Virus record (IMG/VR): IMGVR_UViG_2534682025_000001
Location: 1-64,000 of that record
Direction: 5' to 3' (one strand)
From: a virus
Lineage: Duplodnaviria; Caudoviricetes
DNA: 64,000 nucleotides
A program made the position numbers and the translations under genes. Positions 37,586-47,600 of the stretch are shown piece by piece (the first letter of the stretch is position 1; each line of letters opens with the position of its first letter). The notes under the pieces were generated by a model. That model was not told the DNA's origin, did not search any database, and worked only from the letters and a program-made list of their open reading frames with translations.

Positions 37586-38485
37586 ATGAATAACTCTGAA
37601 CTAAATAATCAAGTGGGTACAGTAATGCATAAAGATGCTTTCGTAATTGGTCAAACTTCTCTACAGGCAGCTGGTGACGTTTTACCTTTCGTGGTTACAC
37701 CTGAAGGTGGCAGCGTTCACACCTTTGAAGAAACACTGGAACGCCCACTTCAACTTAAGCAAGCAACAATCTTGCATACAGCAAAAGACCTGATCGCTTA
37801 CGTCACTCGTTTTGCAGACAGCGACTCAATGGTTTTTGTAGATGTACTGGGTGGGAAAATTCAAGCGGTACTGGACTTCCACCAAGCCGAAAAAGTTGCA
37901 GGTTATGGCGCTAATGCTTATCAACGCCATTGCAAACACACTGCCCATTTCATTGTTAGTAAAACTCCAGAATTTGAAAAAGTTGTAGCGAACTCTGGCC
38001 GAAAAATGTCACAGATGGATTTTGCATTATTCCTAGAAGATGTAATGCCGTATGTGAATCAGCCTGCTGCAGCTGAGCTTTATGAAATCGTGAATACTCT
38101 TCAGGCCAAAACCAATATCGATTTCAAATCTGGTACTCGTACTGACAATGGCCAAGTGTCATTGACCTACAACGAAAACATTGAAGCCAGTGCCGGACGT
38201 CAAGGCAACTTGAATATTCCTGAGCAGATTGTATTTGGTATTCAGGTACATCGTGGTGGTGAGCACTATGCCCTGCCTGCCCGTTTCCGCTACCGCATCA
38301 AGGATGGAAATATTGCCTTGTGGTACGACTTGGATCAGCTCGAAAAAGCGATTGAAAAGTCTATGGAAGATACCGTGACTTATATCCGCGAAGGCAAAAC
38401 CGTTTTCAATAATGATGATACTGAAACGGCGTTACCAGGTGTTCCATCATTTGTGACGATCCTTGAAGGCTCTGCAAATATCTAA
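37586..38485 (+). CDS. DUF2303 / YfdQ-family protein
   Basis: AVLDFH, MSQMDFALFLED, IPE and ARFRYR motifs. Confidence 0.75.
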   Translation: MNNSELNNQVGTVMHKDAFVIGQTSLQAAGDVLPFVVTPEGGSVHTFEETLERPLQLKQATILHTAKDLIAYVTRFADSDSMVFVDVLGGKIQAVLDFHQAEKVAGYGANAYQRHCKHTAHFIVSKTPEFEKVVANSGRKMSQMDFALFLEDVMPYVNQPAAAELYEIVNTLQAKTNIDFKSGTRTDNGQVSLTYNENIEASAGRQGNLNIPEQIVFGIQVHRGGEHYALPARFRYRIKDGNIALWYDLDQLEKAIEKSMEDTVTYIREGKTVFNNDDTETALPGVPSFVTILEGSANI

Positions 38486-38537
38486 CCATTAGACCGGATG
38501 GCCATGCACTGCGCATGGTCATTTAAAGGATAGTGAA

Positions 38538-38834
38538 ATGAATTACCCACCCATTGAACCCAAAGGCACCAAGAAAATTCATTTTAGCTTGGCTGCACCT
38601 TTTGAAAACTGGCTATTGAATGACGGGTATCAACCAAAACTGGTCAAGCATGCAGCCTTGGTTCGATACAGCAAATCAAATAAACCTACGCTGGAAATTG
38701 ATAGTACTGGAAAGATGAGCGAAGCCACCCAAAAGCGCTATGCCATTTTTCTTAAGCAGTATTTGAAGGTTGGTAAGCCCTTACTGGCTTCTTTACGAGC
38801 TCAGGCACCGAAAGTATTAAGGATGGCAGCGTGA
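38538..38834 (+). CDS. Hypothetical protein
   Basis: ORF track; AAGGA RBS. Confidence 0.6.
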   Translation: MNYPPIEPKGTKKIHFSLAAPFENWLLNDGYQPKLVKHAALVRYSKSNKPTLEIDSTGKMSEATQKRYAIFLKQYLKVGKPLLASLRAQAPKVLRMAA

Positions 38835-39487
38835 TGGATATTTCAGAAAAACAAGCTATATGGCGTGAACAAAAACCTTTATTTGAAGCTGAGTTCATTC
38901 ACTCTCACCTTCTACCGTTTTTCAACTTTAATGAAAATACGGGTGATTACGAAATCAAAAGTGAGTGTGTGAACAACACTGATGATGAGGATCGAAAGGT
39001 TGCTTATGAGACTTTAAATACCGGCTGGGTTATGTGGTTACGTGCAAAACGTGATGCCAAAGCCCAAGCGGTGCCGGAAGGTTTTGTACTGGTTAAGAAA
39101 GAGCTGCCTGAGCAGATTGCGGAAAAAATGGCGATCGATCGCATCGATAAGCCAAGACACGAGAATGATCCGGTTTGGAGTGAAATTGCGGAGCAATCAT
39201 ACAAGGATCAGGTTAAATCTAAAAATTGGGAATTTTGGCGTGATTACAAAGCCATGATCGAAGCACAGGAGCCAAAAATAACTGAATTAAAAATTGATTG
39301 GGGAATGGAGTGCCCTAAATGCAACCATAACGAAGCTACCATTCATTCCACAGCTAAAAAAGATAGTGGTTATGAATTCATGCATGGTGATGCTGTTACC
39401 TGCAATAAATGCGGAAACACAGGTGAAATGGACGCTCAAGGCGAAGACAGCGACATCGTTTGGAATGAGGATGAAACCAATGACTAA
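38831..39487 (+). CDS. Mosaic hypothetical protein with C-terminal CxxC...CxxC
   Basis: AKAQAVPEGFVLV and YKAMIEAQE linker motifs; CPKC and CNKC. Confidence 0.6.
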   Translation: MMDISEKQAIWREQKPLFEAEFIHSHLLPFFNFNENTGDYEIKSECVNNTDDEDRKVAYETLNTGWVMWLRAKRDAKAQAVPEGFVLVKKELPEQIAEKMAIDRIDKPRHENDPVWSEIAEQSYKDQVKSKNWEFWRDYKAMIEAQEPKITELKIDWGMECPKCNHNEATIHSTAKKDSGYEFMHGDAVTCNKCGNTGEMDAQGEDSDIVWNEDETND

Positions 39488-39755
39488 TAAACCCATGCTG
39501 GTTATCAACCACATCGAACCTGTCGGCTTGATTGCTGAAAGTGGATCAGAATTAGCGAAAGCGTTTAGCAACACCTATTTCAACCAAGCAGCAAATGAAA
39601 TTTCTGATCAAAATGAAGTTGAAGCATTGCACTTTATGGGCAGCGTAGCTGGTCATGCCTTATGTCAGATGTTTAGCCAGAACATTAATATTAAGGAACT
39701 TGATTCTGTTTTGGCTCAGATACGCAGCTATGTAATACAGGCACAAGGATCTTGA
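39480..39755 (+). CDS. Hypothetical protein
   Basis: Likely start MTNKP overlapping the previous gene. Confidence 0.55.
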   Translation: MTNKPMLVINHIEPVGLIAESGSELAKAFSNTYFNQAANEISDQNEVEALHFMGSVAGHALCQMFSQNINIKELDSVLAQIRSYVIQAQGS

Positions 39756-39756
39756 T

Positions 39757-40044
39757 ATGACTGAAATTCAACAAGCAAGAATTGCTGTGGCCAATTTCCT
39801 CATTGATGAACTTCACAAGGACAAGCCTTTCAATCTGGTTCTAGACCGACAACAAGCTGATGTTTTCTTTTTGGCAGCAGAAGGATATCAGGGTGATTTA
39901 CGACTATCTATAACTCACAAATCTGGAATCACCACCATTCAAGTTGATAACGGTAATGCTGATGCAATTGATCGCATGCTTTCTATTTTCATCACAAAGC
40001 ATGACCGGTTTGGAGTGGTACAAAGTTTAAAGGAGGTGTCTTGA
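39757..40044 (+). CDS. Hypothetical protein
   Basis: ORF track; tightly coupled to its neighbours. Confidence 0.6.
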   Translation: MTEIQQARIAVANFLIDELHKDKPFNLVLDRQQADVFFLAAEGYQGDLRLSITHKSGITTIQVDNGNADAIDRMLSIFITKHDRFGVVQSLKEVS

Positions 40045-40220
40045 TGGTTCTTACAATTTCGCAAACCTGTAAATTATTAAATATCGGACGCACTACGGTT
40101 TACAGAATGTTTGAGCGAGAGGAATTAGAAAAAATTGAAATAGGAAAATCAGTCCGGGTTAAGCTCCCGGACCATCTGGCCAAAGCATACGAAGATCAAA
40201 TTAAAGCCCTTATGCATTAA
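40044..40220 (+). CDS. Excisionase (HTH_17-like), not in ORF track
   Basis: AGGAGG RBS; MVLTISQTCKLLNIGRTTVYRM...IEIGKSVRV. Confidence 0.8.
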   Translation: MVLTISQTCKLLNIGRTTVYRMFEREELEKIEIGKSVRVKLPDHLAKAYEDQIKALMH

Positions 40221-41448
40221 GGGCTTTTAGTTTTAATGAGTCCAGATAATCAGACCACGCCTGCATCATCACCTGTCTTTCTTCTAAATACTTAGTACGG
40301 TTATATGCCCGACCATGCATATCCCTCACCTGGTGGCCCAGCTGCTGCTCAATACGTTCAATCGGAAATTTTAAAACTTCATCTAATAAGGTACGTGCTG
40401 TTGCACGGAAGCCGTGGCCTGTGGTTTCGCCATTTTCCCAGCCTAAATTTTTAAGTGCCTTATTTATTGAGCTATCAGACAACAATCTGGTTTTACCCCA
40501 GTAATTGGCAAAGCAGTATTCAGATCCACCGGTAATCATATGCAACTCTTTAAACATTGCAGTGACCTGATCAGAAAGCGGTATCACCAATTGAGTACCT
40601 AAAGCATTTGCGGTTTTGGACGGCGTGTAGGCCCAAGTCTTTTCATCAAAATTTATATCGGCCCACATTGCATGACGCAACTCACCAGGACGAACAAACA
40701 CATGAGGTAAAATTCTAAGAGCATAAGCCATTACGATTGAGCCGCGATTTGTATAGTTATCAATTGCCACCAGTAATTCACCAAGCAAACTAGGATCGGT
40801 GACGGCAGCATGATGTGTTTTTTTATGGGGCTTTAATAGCCCTTGAATATCCAGTGCCACATTTCGATCACAAAGACCAAGCACTAAACCGTATTTAAAC
40901 ACTTGCCCTGCTTTTGATCGCATACGTCTTGCTGTTTCAGACTTACCTTGTTTTTCATAAATCTGGCAAACGTCGAGCAACTGGCGGGCTGATATTTCAT
41001 GAATTGGCTTTTTACCAATAGCATCAAACAAATACTGATAAATAAATTCGTTTCTATGTCTTGTTGATTCAGCAACAACTTCAGTTTGCATAAATTCGCG
41101 TGCCACAGCTTCGAATGTGTTTCGCATGGCAAAGCGGGCTTGTTCTTCCTGTTCTTTTCGATGGGCAAACGGATCTATATCTTGAGCAAGTAGCTCTTTA
41201 TATTCTTCACGGAACTTTCTGGCATCGGCCAAAGATAAATTTGGATATACACCTATACCAATTGTCGTTCTTTTTTTTGTAATAGGTCGAAAATAATCAA
41301 AACGCCAATATGTGCCGCCTTTTTTATCTAAAAGCAGAAATAAACCACCACCATCAGCCAGTTTTATTATCTTTTCTGGTGACTTTTTTTGCTTAGATAT
41401 TGCAGATTTAATTTTTGCGTCTGTGAGACTTACAACTGTTCTAGCCAT
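40210..41448 (-). CDS. Tyrosine integrase, P4/IntA-type with arm-binding domain
   Basis: DGGGLFL, GVYP.LSLADAR, RPGELR, HGFR, QLGH and RAYNR motifs. Confidence 0.95.
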   Translation of the reverse strand: MARTVVSLTDAKIKSAISKQKKSPEKIIKLADGGGLFLLLDKKGGTYWRFDYFRPITKKRTTIGIGVYPNLSLADARKFREEYKELLAQDIDPFAHRKEQEEQARFAMRNTFEAVAREFMQTEVVAESTRHRNEFIYQYLFDAIGKKPIHEISARQLLDVCQIYEKQGKSETARRMRSKAGQVFKYGLVLGLCDRNVALDIQGLLKPHKKTHHAAVTDPSLLGELLVAIDNYTNRGSIVMAYALRILPHVFVRPGELRHAMWADINFDEKTWAYTPSKTANALGTQLVIPLSDQVTAMFKELHMITGGSEYCFANYWGKTRLLSDSSINKALKNLGWENGETTGHGFRATARTLLDEVLKFPIERIEQQLGHQVRDMHGRAYNRTKYLEERQVMMQAWSDYLDSLKLKALNA

Positions 41449-41450
41449 TT

Positions 41451-41540
41451 TTAGTAGTACATTTTAGAGTTAAATCCTGATGTACTACTAAAAGTACCAC
41501 TAAAATAGCGGTACATAGTGGAACATCATGGAACAAATGA
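41451..41540. promoter_or_regulatory. Integrase arm sites and Xis-like repeats, right arm of prophage 1
   Basis: Inverted 12-mer at 41451-41462; direct ATGTACTACTAA/AAGTACCACTAA at 41480-41503; 10-bp-periodic GG(T/A)ACA x3 from 41510. Confidence 0.65.
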
Positions 41541-41614
41541 ATTAGTTCTGATTCTTTATAATACAGTATTTATAAGGCTTTGAGGGCAATTTGGAGTGAT
41601 ATGATACATGTAAG

Positions 41615-41630
41615 TGGTGCGCTCAGCGGG
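41615..41630 (-). repeat. att core shared by both prophages
   Basis: TGGTGCGCTCAGCG(GG); minus strand reads CCCGCTGAGCGCACCA, the T-stem 3' half plus acceptor plus CCA. Confidence 0.85.
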
Positions 41631-41647
41631 CACTTTCCGAAATTTGC

Positions 41648-41787
41648 TGTTTCCTTATTATTCCCTAGTTTTCCTTATTTTTTCTTTAATTTTATAGGTT
41701 TAAGTGTGGCTCATTAATTCAATAGTTTAATGTTTCCTTATTATTCCCTATTATTCATTCTATATTGATTACGCCAAATTTACGCCA
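41648..41787. repeat. Putative arm/accessory sites of prophage 2
   Basis: TGTTTCCTTATTATTCCCTA at 41648-41667 and 41731-41750; TTACGCCA at 41769-41776 and 41780-41787. Confidence 0.6.
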
Positions 41788-41808
41788 CGACATTTTGAGA
41801 GAGAATTT

Positions 41809-42795
41809 ATGGCCACCTTTAGACAAAGGGGTGATGCTTGGCGAGTTGAGATTAGTGTGAATGGTACTCGGGAAAGTGCAACATTCGATACTAAGACTCA
41901 GGCTCGCGCATGGGCATCAAAACGTGAAACTGAATTAAGAGAGTTATCACGCGGAAAGCTTCCTGATTATACATTAAATTGTGCAATTGATAGATACATA
42001 GAAGAAGTGTGCCCAAAGCACAAAGGTTGTGATGCAGAGATTAAAAGATTCCGAGCATTTCAAAGGAACTTCCCAAAGATTGCCAAAAAACATATTGCCA
42101 AAATTACCACCGATGATTTTGTGGTGTGGCGAGATACCAGACTAAAAACAGTCAAGCCGGCCTCGGTACGACGTGAGGGTAATATCCTGTCTGCCCTATT
42201 CACTGTTGCACGCACAGAATGGAAGTGGGTCTATGATTCACCCATGAGTGACTTAAAGATGCCACCACCACCAGCACATCGAGATAGACGTATATCGGAG
42301 GATGAAATTTACAGGCTTTGTCTTGCTGCTGAATTTGATGATCAGGCGCCTGAGAATTTCACACAGCAAATTATGATTGCTTTCCTGTTGGCGATTGAAA
42401 CTGCAATGCGTGCCGGTGAGATCCGTGGCCTGACTTGGGATCGAGTTTATTTAAAGAATAGATATGTGACTTTGAATGAAACCAAAAATGGTACGAAGCG
42501 ACATGTGCCCTTATCAAAGCGTGCTGTTGAATTGCTTGAGCTTATGAAAGGTGTCGGCAGTCATCAGGTTTTTACGGTGAAAGATTCGAGCTTTGATACA
42601 CTTTGGAGGAAGTTGCGAGATAAGTGTGAAATTGAAGATTTGCATTTTCACGACTCAAGACATGAAGCATGCACACGGCTTGCTCAGAAATTGGAAGTAT
42701 TAGATTTGGCGCGGATGATCGGGCATAAGGATTTAAGAAGCCTGATGATTTATTACAATGCAACTGCATCAGAGATTGCAAATAGGTTGGATTAA
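41809..42795 (+). CDS. Tyrosine integrase (short, Rci/HP1-like)
   Basis: ETAMRAGEI, TKNG, FHDSRHEA and IGH...YYN motifs. Confidence 0.92.
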   Translation: MATFRQRGDAWRVEISVNGTRESATFDTKTQARAWASKRETELRELSRGKLPDYTLNCAIDRYIEEVCPKHKGCDAEIKRFRAFQRNFPKIAKKHIAKITTDDFVVWRDTRLKTVKPASVRREGNILSALFTVARTEWKWVYDSPMSDLKMPPPPAHRDRRISEDEIYRLCLAAEFDDQAPENFTQQIMIAFLLAIETAMRAGEIRGLTWDRVYLKNRYVTLNETKNGTKRHVPLSKRAVELLELMKGVGSHQVFTVKDSSFDTLWRKLRDKCEIEDLHFHDSRHEACTRLAQKLEVLDLARMIGHKDLRSLMIYYNATASEIANRLD

Positions 42796-42796
42796 A

Positions 42797-42898
42797 ATGA
42801 AAACATGGACCTACTTTTACATAGAGCACACGATTAAGAACGGAGAGATTTTTAGGAAGGAGTCTGGGTGGGGGTTGAGGAATTATTTATTAAAGTAA
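42797..42898 (+). CDS. 33-aa micropeptide MKTWTYFYIEHTIKNGEIFRKESGW...
   Basis: ATG begins 2 nt after the end of the integrase stop; homologue at 3423. Confidence 0.5.
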   Translation: MKTWTYFYIEHTIKNGEIFRKESGWGLRNYLLK

Positions 42899-42911
42899 AA
42901 AAACAAAGCCC

Positions 42912-43661
42912 TCATTTGAGGGCATTATTATATTTAATTAGGATATTAGCCACAGCCTTAGCAGCCAGCCAGTAACGCGCATTGAATCGTGCAAGTTCAT
43001 CTTCATTGGAAATAAAGCCAAGCTCTACAATCAAACCGCCAGCATTCACGTATGCCAGACGGCCACGCGCTGATTTACTTTGATCAATCCAACCGTTGTC
43101 ACCACGTAATCGACTACCCAATGCATCGGCTACAGCTTTAGATAAGTCCTGTGCAAGTTTCTTGTCTTTGGGTAATGCAATCGTTTCAATGCCATTTGCC
43201 TGTTTTGATGCTGCAGCATTCATGTGGAATTCGACTGCAACACTTGAGCCTTGAATCAATTTTACCGCAGCAGACAAAGGGTCGTTTTTGGTGCCAGTGC
43301 CATCGGTCTTGACTTGCAGCCCCGCTTCACGCAAATAATGAGTTACTGCATTGCGGAAATTAACCACCAGATCGGCTTCTTTCACTTTGCCATTGACTGC
43401 ACCGGGGTCTGTATTACTGTGCCCTGCTGTAACTGTGACAAAGCCTAAAGTCTGATTATGTAATTGTGGTTGTGCGATTTTACGACCTACCCAGCTTAGG
43501 GCTGGCAATACAGTACCAATGATAAAAGGCGCATATTGTTCAGGGATAAAATTAAAGTCTAATGCCCACTGAATAACTAAAACTGCAAGCATTAAAAAAG
43601 CCCCCAGTAGTGGGAGCTTTACGGATAAGTACTGAAGTGCACTTTCTTGGATTAATTTCAT
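42912..43661 (-). CDS. Endolysin: Amidase_3 with N-terminal 2-TM holin-like domain
   Basis: Highly similar to 4615-5361. Confidence 0.85.
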   Translation of the reverse strand: MKLIQESALQYLSVKLPLLGAFLMLAVLVIQWALDFNFIPEQYAPFIIGTVLPALSWVGRKIAQPQLHNQTLGFVTVTAGHSNTDPGAVNGKVKEADLVVNFRNAVTHYLREAGLQVKTDGTGTKNDPLSAAVKLIQGSSVAVEFHMNAAASKQANGIETIALPKDKKLAQDLSKAVADALGSRLRGDNGWIDQSKSARGRLAYVNAGGLIVELGFISNEDELARFNARYWLAAKAVANILIKYNNALK

Positions 43662-44017
43662 TTTAAGGTTTCCTCAAGTCGAGTGACTTTCTCTTTCATT
43701 AGTGATTGTGTTTGATTGATTTGAATGATTGATGCACCAACCCAAATACATGCGCCGAGAATCGAACCACCACAAAGGCCGAGCAAAACCCTTAAAACCC
43801 CAAGACCTCCATCCTGAGTTGCAGACTTGTTTTCAAGGCTTGATACTTTTAACTCAAGGGCATCAAGTTCTTTTTGGATTTTGGCAATTGCATTCTCATG
43901 GTGTTCGTTAATAAAGGTTTGGCGTGCAACATGTTCCAGGATCAATCGAATGTCTTTATGAATGGAATCAATTTTCCCCTCCCATCCATTATTGTTGTAC
44001 GGCCTATTTTCAGGCAT
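43658..44017 (-). CDS. Coiled-coil single-TM lysis-cassette protein
   Basis: TM GLGVLRVLLGLCGGSILGACIWVG; overlaps the endolysin start. Confidence 0.6.
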   Translation of the reverse strand: MPENRPYNNNGWEGKIDSIHKDIRLILEHVARQTFINEHHENAIAKIQKELDALELKVSSLENKSATQDGGLGVLRVLLGLCGGSILGACIWVGASIIQINQTQSLMKEKVTRLEETLK

Positions 44018-44125
44018 ACATCCCCCCTATAAAATTGGCATTAAAAAAGAGCCTTTCGGCTCTGGTGGTGGATCATTTGACATTGTGCCCCCTAAATTTT
44101 GGTAATAAAAAAGCACCCGAAGGTG

Positions 44126-44671
44126 CTAGAGATTGATTTCTTCTACTTGCTCTTTAGTTTCAGCTTCAAAGATTAACTGTCTAGCAATGCGCCCTTTTTC
44201 GTGAACGCTTGCGATATGGGCTTGTAGTGCTGCATAGAGTTGCTGCAACTGTGATGCGCTTAACTCGGCTGTTGTGTTGTCCGCTAGAGTCCATACTTGA
44301 TCTATGCTCGCAGCAGCCGCGCCCATAATGCGACCTTGAGAAACCTGATCTGAATCATAAGTACTCCCATCGAACTCAAAGCCGCCGAACTCAAGTTGAT
44401 CGCGCTGTGATTTAATCTCGGCCCATTTCTGGGCTTTGATTTCATCAAGGGTGCGCGGATCAATCCATTGTTTGATAATGTAGTCAAACATGTGGTTAGA
44501 AGAAGGTGCTGGTGGTGGTGTAATCCAGCCGCGCTCTATGTCAAAGTAATCAAGATTTGTGCTCGGCGGCATCTCTACTAACAGGTCTTCTGTGACATAT
44601 TTAACTGAGTTTGAGGTATTTATTTCACCAACAAACCTCCCGGTGTCCTTACATACAATGTAAAACTTCAT
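44126..44671 (-). CDS. Tail fibre assembly-like protein (DUF4376-like)
   Basis: KWAEIKSQRD...YDSD..SQGRI...WTLADN. Confidence 0.75.
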   Translation of the reverse strand: MKFYIVCKDTGRFVGEINTSNSVKYVTEDLLVEMPPSTNLDYFDIERGWITPPPAPSSNHMFDYIIKQWIDPRTLDEIKAQKWAEIKSQRDQLEFGGFEFDGSTYDSDQVSQGRIMGAAAASIDQVWTLADNTTAELSASQLQQLYAALQAHIASVHEKGRIARQLIFEAETKEQVEEINL

Positions 44672-47600
44672 CGCTTGACGCTCGTTACGGTCATTAATAC
44701 ATTATTCCCACGGAATTGACGCATATTATCCATCGCTTCATTCCCACCTGTTGTTAGTTTGCAGAACCTTAATGTCACAACTGTGCCATTCGGAACCCCC
44801 TTTAATATCCAACGAAGTGAAAGCCCATTTATAACGTAGCTCTGTATAAAACCATTTGAGTGCCAGGCTTCCTTGCTATCCATCACAGCTGCCACCACCT
44901 GCACCTGCGTCCCGGCGACAACCGCAACATAAACCCTTTTTTCAAAATTACTCCCTGCATCCCGTGTATCGTAATAAAGCATGGATGCCGTAAGGTCAAC
45001 TTGAACACCACCACCTTCAGGATTAACAACAAAGCTACCGATAGGATTGCCAAACAGGTAGCCTTGCCCACTAGCCGAGTAATCTGGCATCAAGGCTTTC
45101 AATTGAGCCCCAACATCCGAGTTCACTTCAAAAGCTCTACCGCTTTGGAAATTAGCATAAACTACATTACTAATCGCTGTTACGGCCTCCCCGTCAATCT
45201 TTAATGTCTTGACCTGCGCATCACCAATCTTGGCAGCTGTTACGGCCAAATTATCAATATTGGCAGTTTTTACTGCTAAGTTATCAATCTTCGCTGTCTT
45301 AACCGCCAAATCCTCAATATGCGAAGTTTTGACAGACTGATAGTCCATCATTGCTGATTTTAAGTAAGCGGACACAGGAAACACTGTGCCTGTCACCGGA
45401 TCAGTAAATGGCGTATTGCGGAAGATGAATGGGTAATAACCAGTGCTATTCCCTGAACCAATCGCGAAAGAATCAAAGTTCAGAATGAAATTCGATTCCT
45501 TGCCATCATTCGCCCCGCCCCAGCCTGCGACTTTTCCATTCACGTCGAGCTTGATGTACTTCTGCGCATACAAACCATTAACCGACTCACTAACCTCCTG
45601 AATTGATGCGGTGTTTTGACCTACAGTGGTTTGAATGGTGCCAACTTGTGTTGCTGTAGCCCCCTGCTGTGTAGTCAAAGTATTAACTTGGTTTTGCACT
45701 GTCGCGATGTTTTGCGTTGCAGTGTTAGCCTTGCCGAGTGCATCATTTGCTGTGGCCTGAGCTGCGTTGGCTACAGCCTTGGCGGCGGCTTCGGCAGCAT
45801 CCGCTTTATTTTTGGCGTCTAGCGCTGCTGCTGCTTTTGCTGCTGACTCAGCTGCATTGGCTTTAGCGGTTGCATCACTTGAAGCTGATGCCTTTGCTGC
45901 ATCCGCCTCGGCTTTTGCCTTCGCTTCTGCATAAGTTTTTGCTGCCGCCTCCGCTGCTGCTGATTTAGATTGCGCATCTAAAATAGCTTGATCTGCCGTT
46001 GATTGGGCTATTTGTGTTGATGCCTGAACAGTATCCACACGTGATGACAAGGCAGAATCCGCGTCAGCTAAAACACTCATTTCTGAGCGAATAGCTGCTA
46101 GATTCTGTTGCAGATCATTACCCACTTGAGCTTGCAGGGTATCAACCCGATGCCCCAGTGCGGAATCCGCATTAGCCCGAGCAATAGTTTCAGCCTGAAT
46201 GAGCGCTGTATTATCTCCAATCTGTGCAACCGTTGTATCAATACGCTGACTCAAAGCCATATCACCTTCAATCAATGCTGATTGCAAAGTCCATGTACCT
46301 GCAAAACCTTCAGTTGAGCCAATCAGGTCTTCAGTTGAGCCAATTAACTTCGGGTTAACCTGTGCATATACACCATCAATTTTGATTGTATTGGCACTGA
46401 TTTTTCCTTCATGTTCAGCCACTTTTGCATCGGTTTGAGACAATGCGCCAGTACTAGCCTTATCACCTAACTCTAATGTAATAGCATCAAGTCGTGTTGC
46501 ATTTGCCCCTGATTGAGTTGCAGCAACATTCGCAGTAGATAAAGCAGTTGCAGCGGTTTGATTTGCTGTATCTGCTGTATCGGCTGCCTGATTTGCAATT
46601 GCACTGGCTTGGCTTGCAAGACTTGCTGCTGATCCAGCCTGAGTCGTTGCGGTTTCAGCCTTGGTTAATGCGGTAGCTGCATTGGTTTTGGCGGTATTTG
46701 CATTGCCTTCTGCCGTAGTTACACGACTATCCAGCGCTTGCACTGCTTGCGTATTTGCAGATGTTGCGGTTACGGCACTTTCGGCAGTTTGTCGCACATT
46801 TGCTAAAGCTGTGTCATTAATAGATCGATAATCCGTTAATGCTTGAGCATTTGCCGTATCACCATCAGCTCGTGCTTCTGATTCCGAGATAATGTTCGCT
46901 TCATTGTCACCAACACGCGCATTCATACCAGAAATATCACTAGCTAAAGCTTGATCAGTATCTGCAAGTGTCTGCAACTTTTGATTAATCGATGCTGTAT
47001 TTCCGCTAAATTCAACATTTAATGAATCAATGCGTTCAGACAATGCATCATCTGCACTTACACGAGCTGTCTGTTCAGTTAAAATATTTGCAGCATTATT
47101 ATTTACTGATACAGTCAATAGATCTGTGCGCTGCGCTTGAAATAAATCACCTTCTTGCACTGCGGACAGAATCGACCATGCCCCCGCATTTCCAGATTCA
47201 CTACCAATTAAATCATCAGTAGAGCCGATCATATCTGGATTTGTGATGACTTCAACACCAGTGACACGCTCGGCCAATACTCTATCAGCATCAACTCGAG
47301 CATTACTTTCATCAACAACCATGGCTCGAAGGTCTTGATTACTCTGGTTCGATTCGGCACGAACTGTTTCAATTAGTGATGCATTTGCAGAATCGGCATC
47401 AGCTCGAGCAATTGCCTCTTGATTAATTGCAGCAGTGTTTTCATCAACTTCAGCCAAGACTGAATCAATCCTATGGCTGATCGCGGAATCAGCGCTTGCT
47501 CTCGCTTCCGCTTCTTGCTGAATCGCTGCTGCATTATTTCCTAAACTTGCACTTACAGTATCAATGCGACTGCTTAAATTGCTATCAGCAGAAATACGCT

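Larger units (their letters stand above)
2859..41628. mobile_element. Prophage 1, lambdoid/HK97-like siphovirus, apparently complete
   Basis: Full gene set (int, xis, cI, cro, cII, O, P-like, Q, terS/L, portal, protease, capsid, tail, lysis) bounded by 14-bp direct repeats. Confidence 0.93.

Noticed and set aside
41809-42795. Rci-like recombinase as a tail-fibre shufflon invertase
   Set aside because: No inverted fibre cassettes or inverted crossover sites seen; it sits next to the att core with arm-like repeats, so an integrase role is simpler
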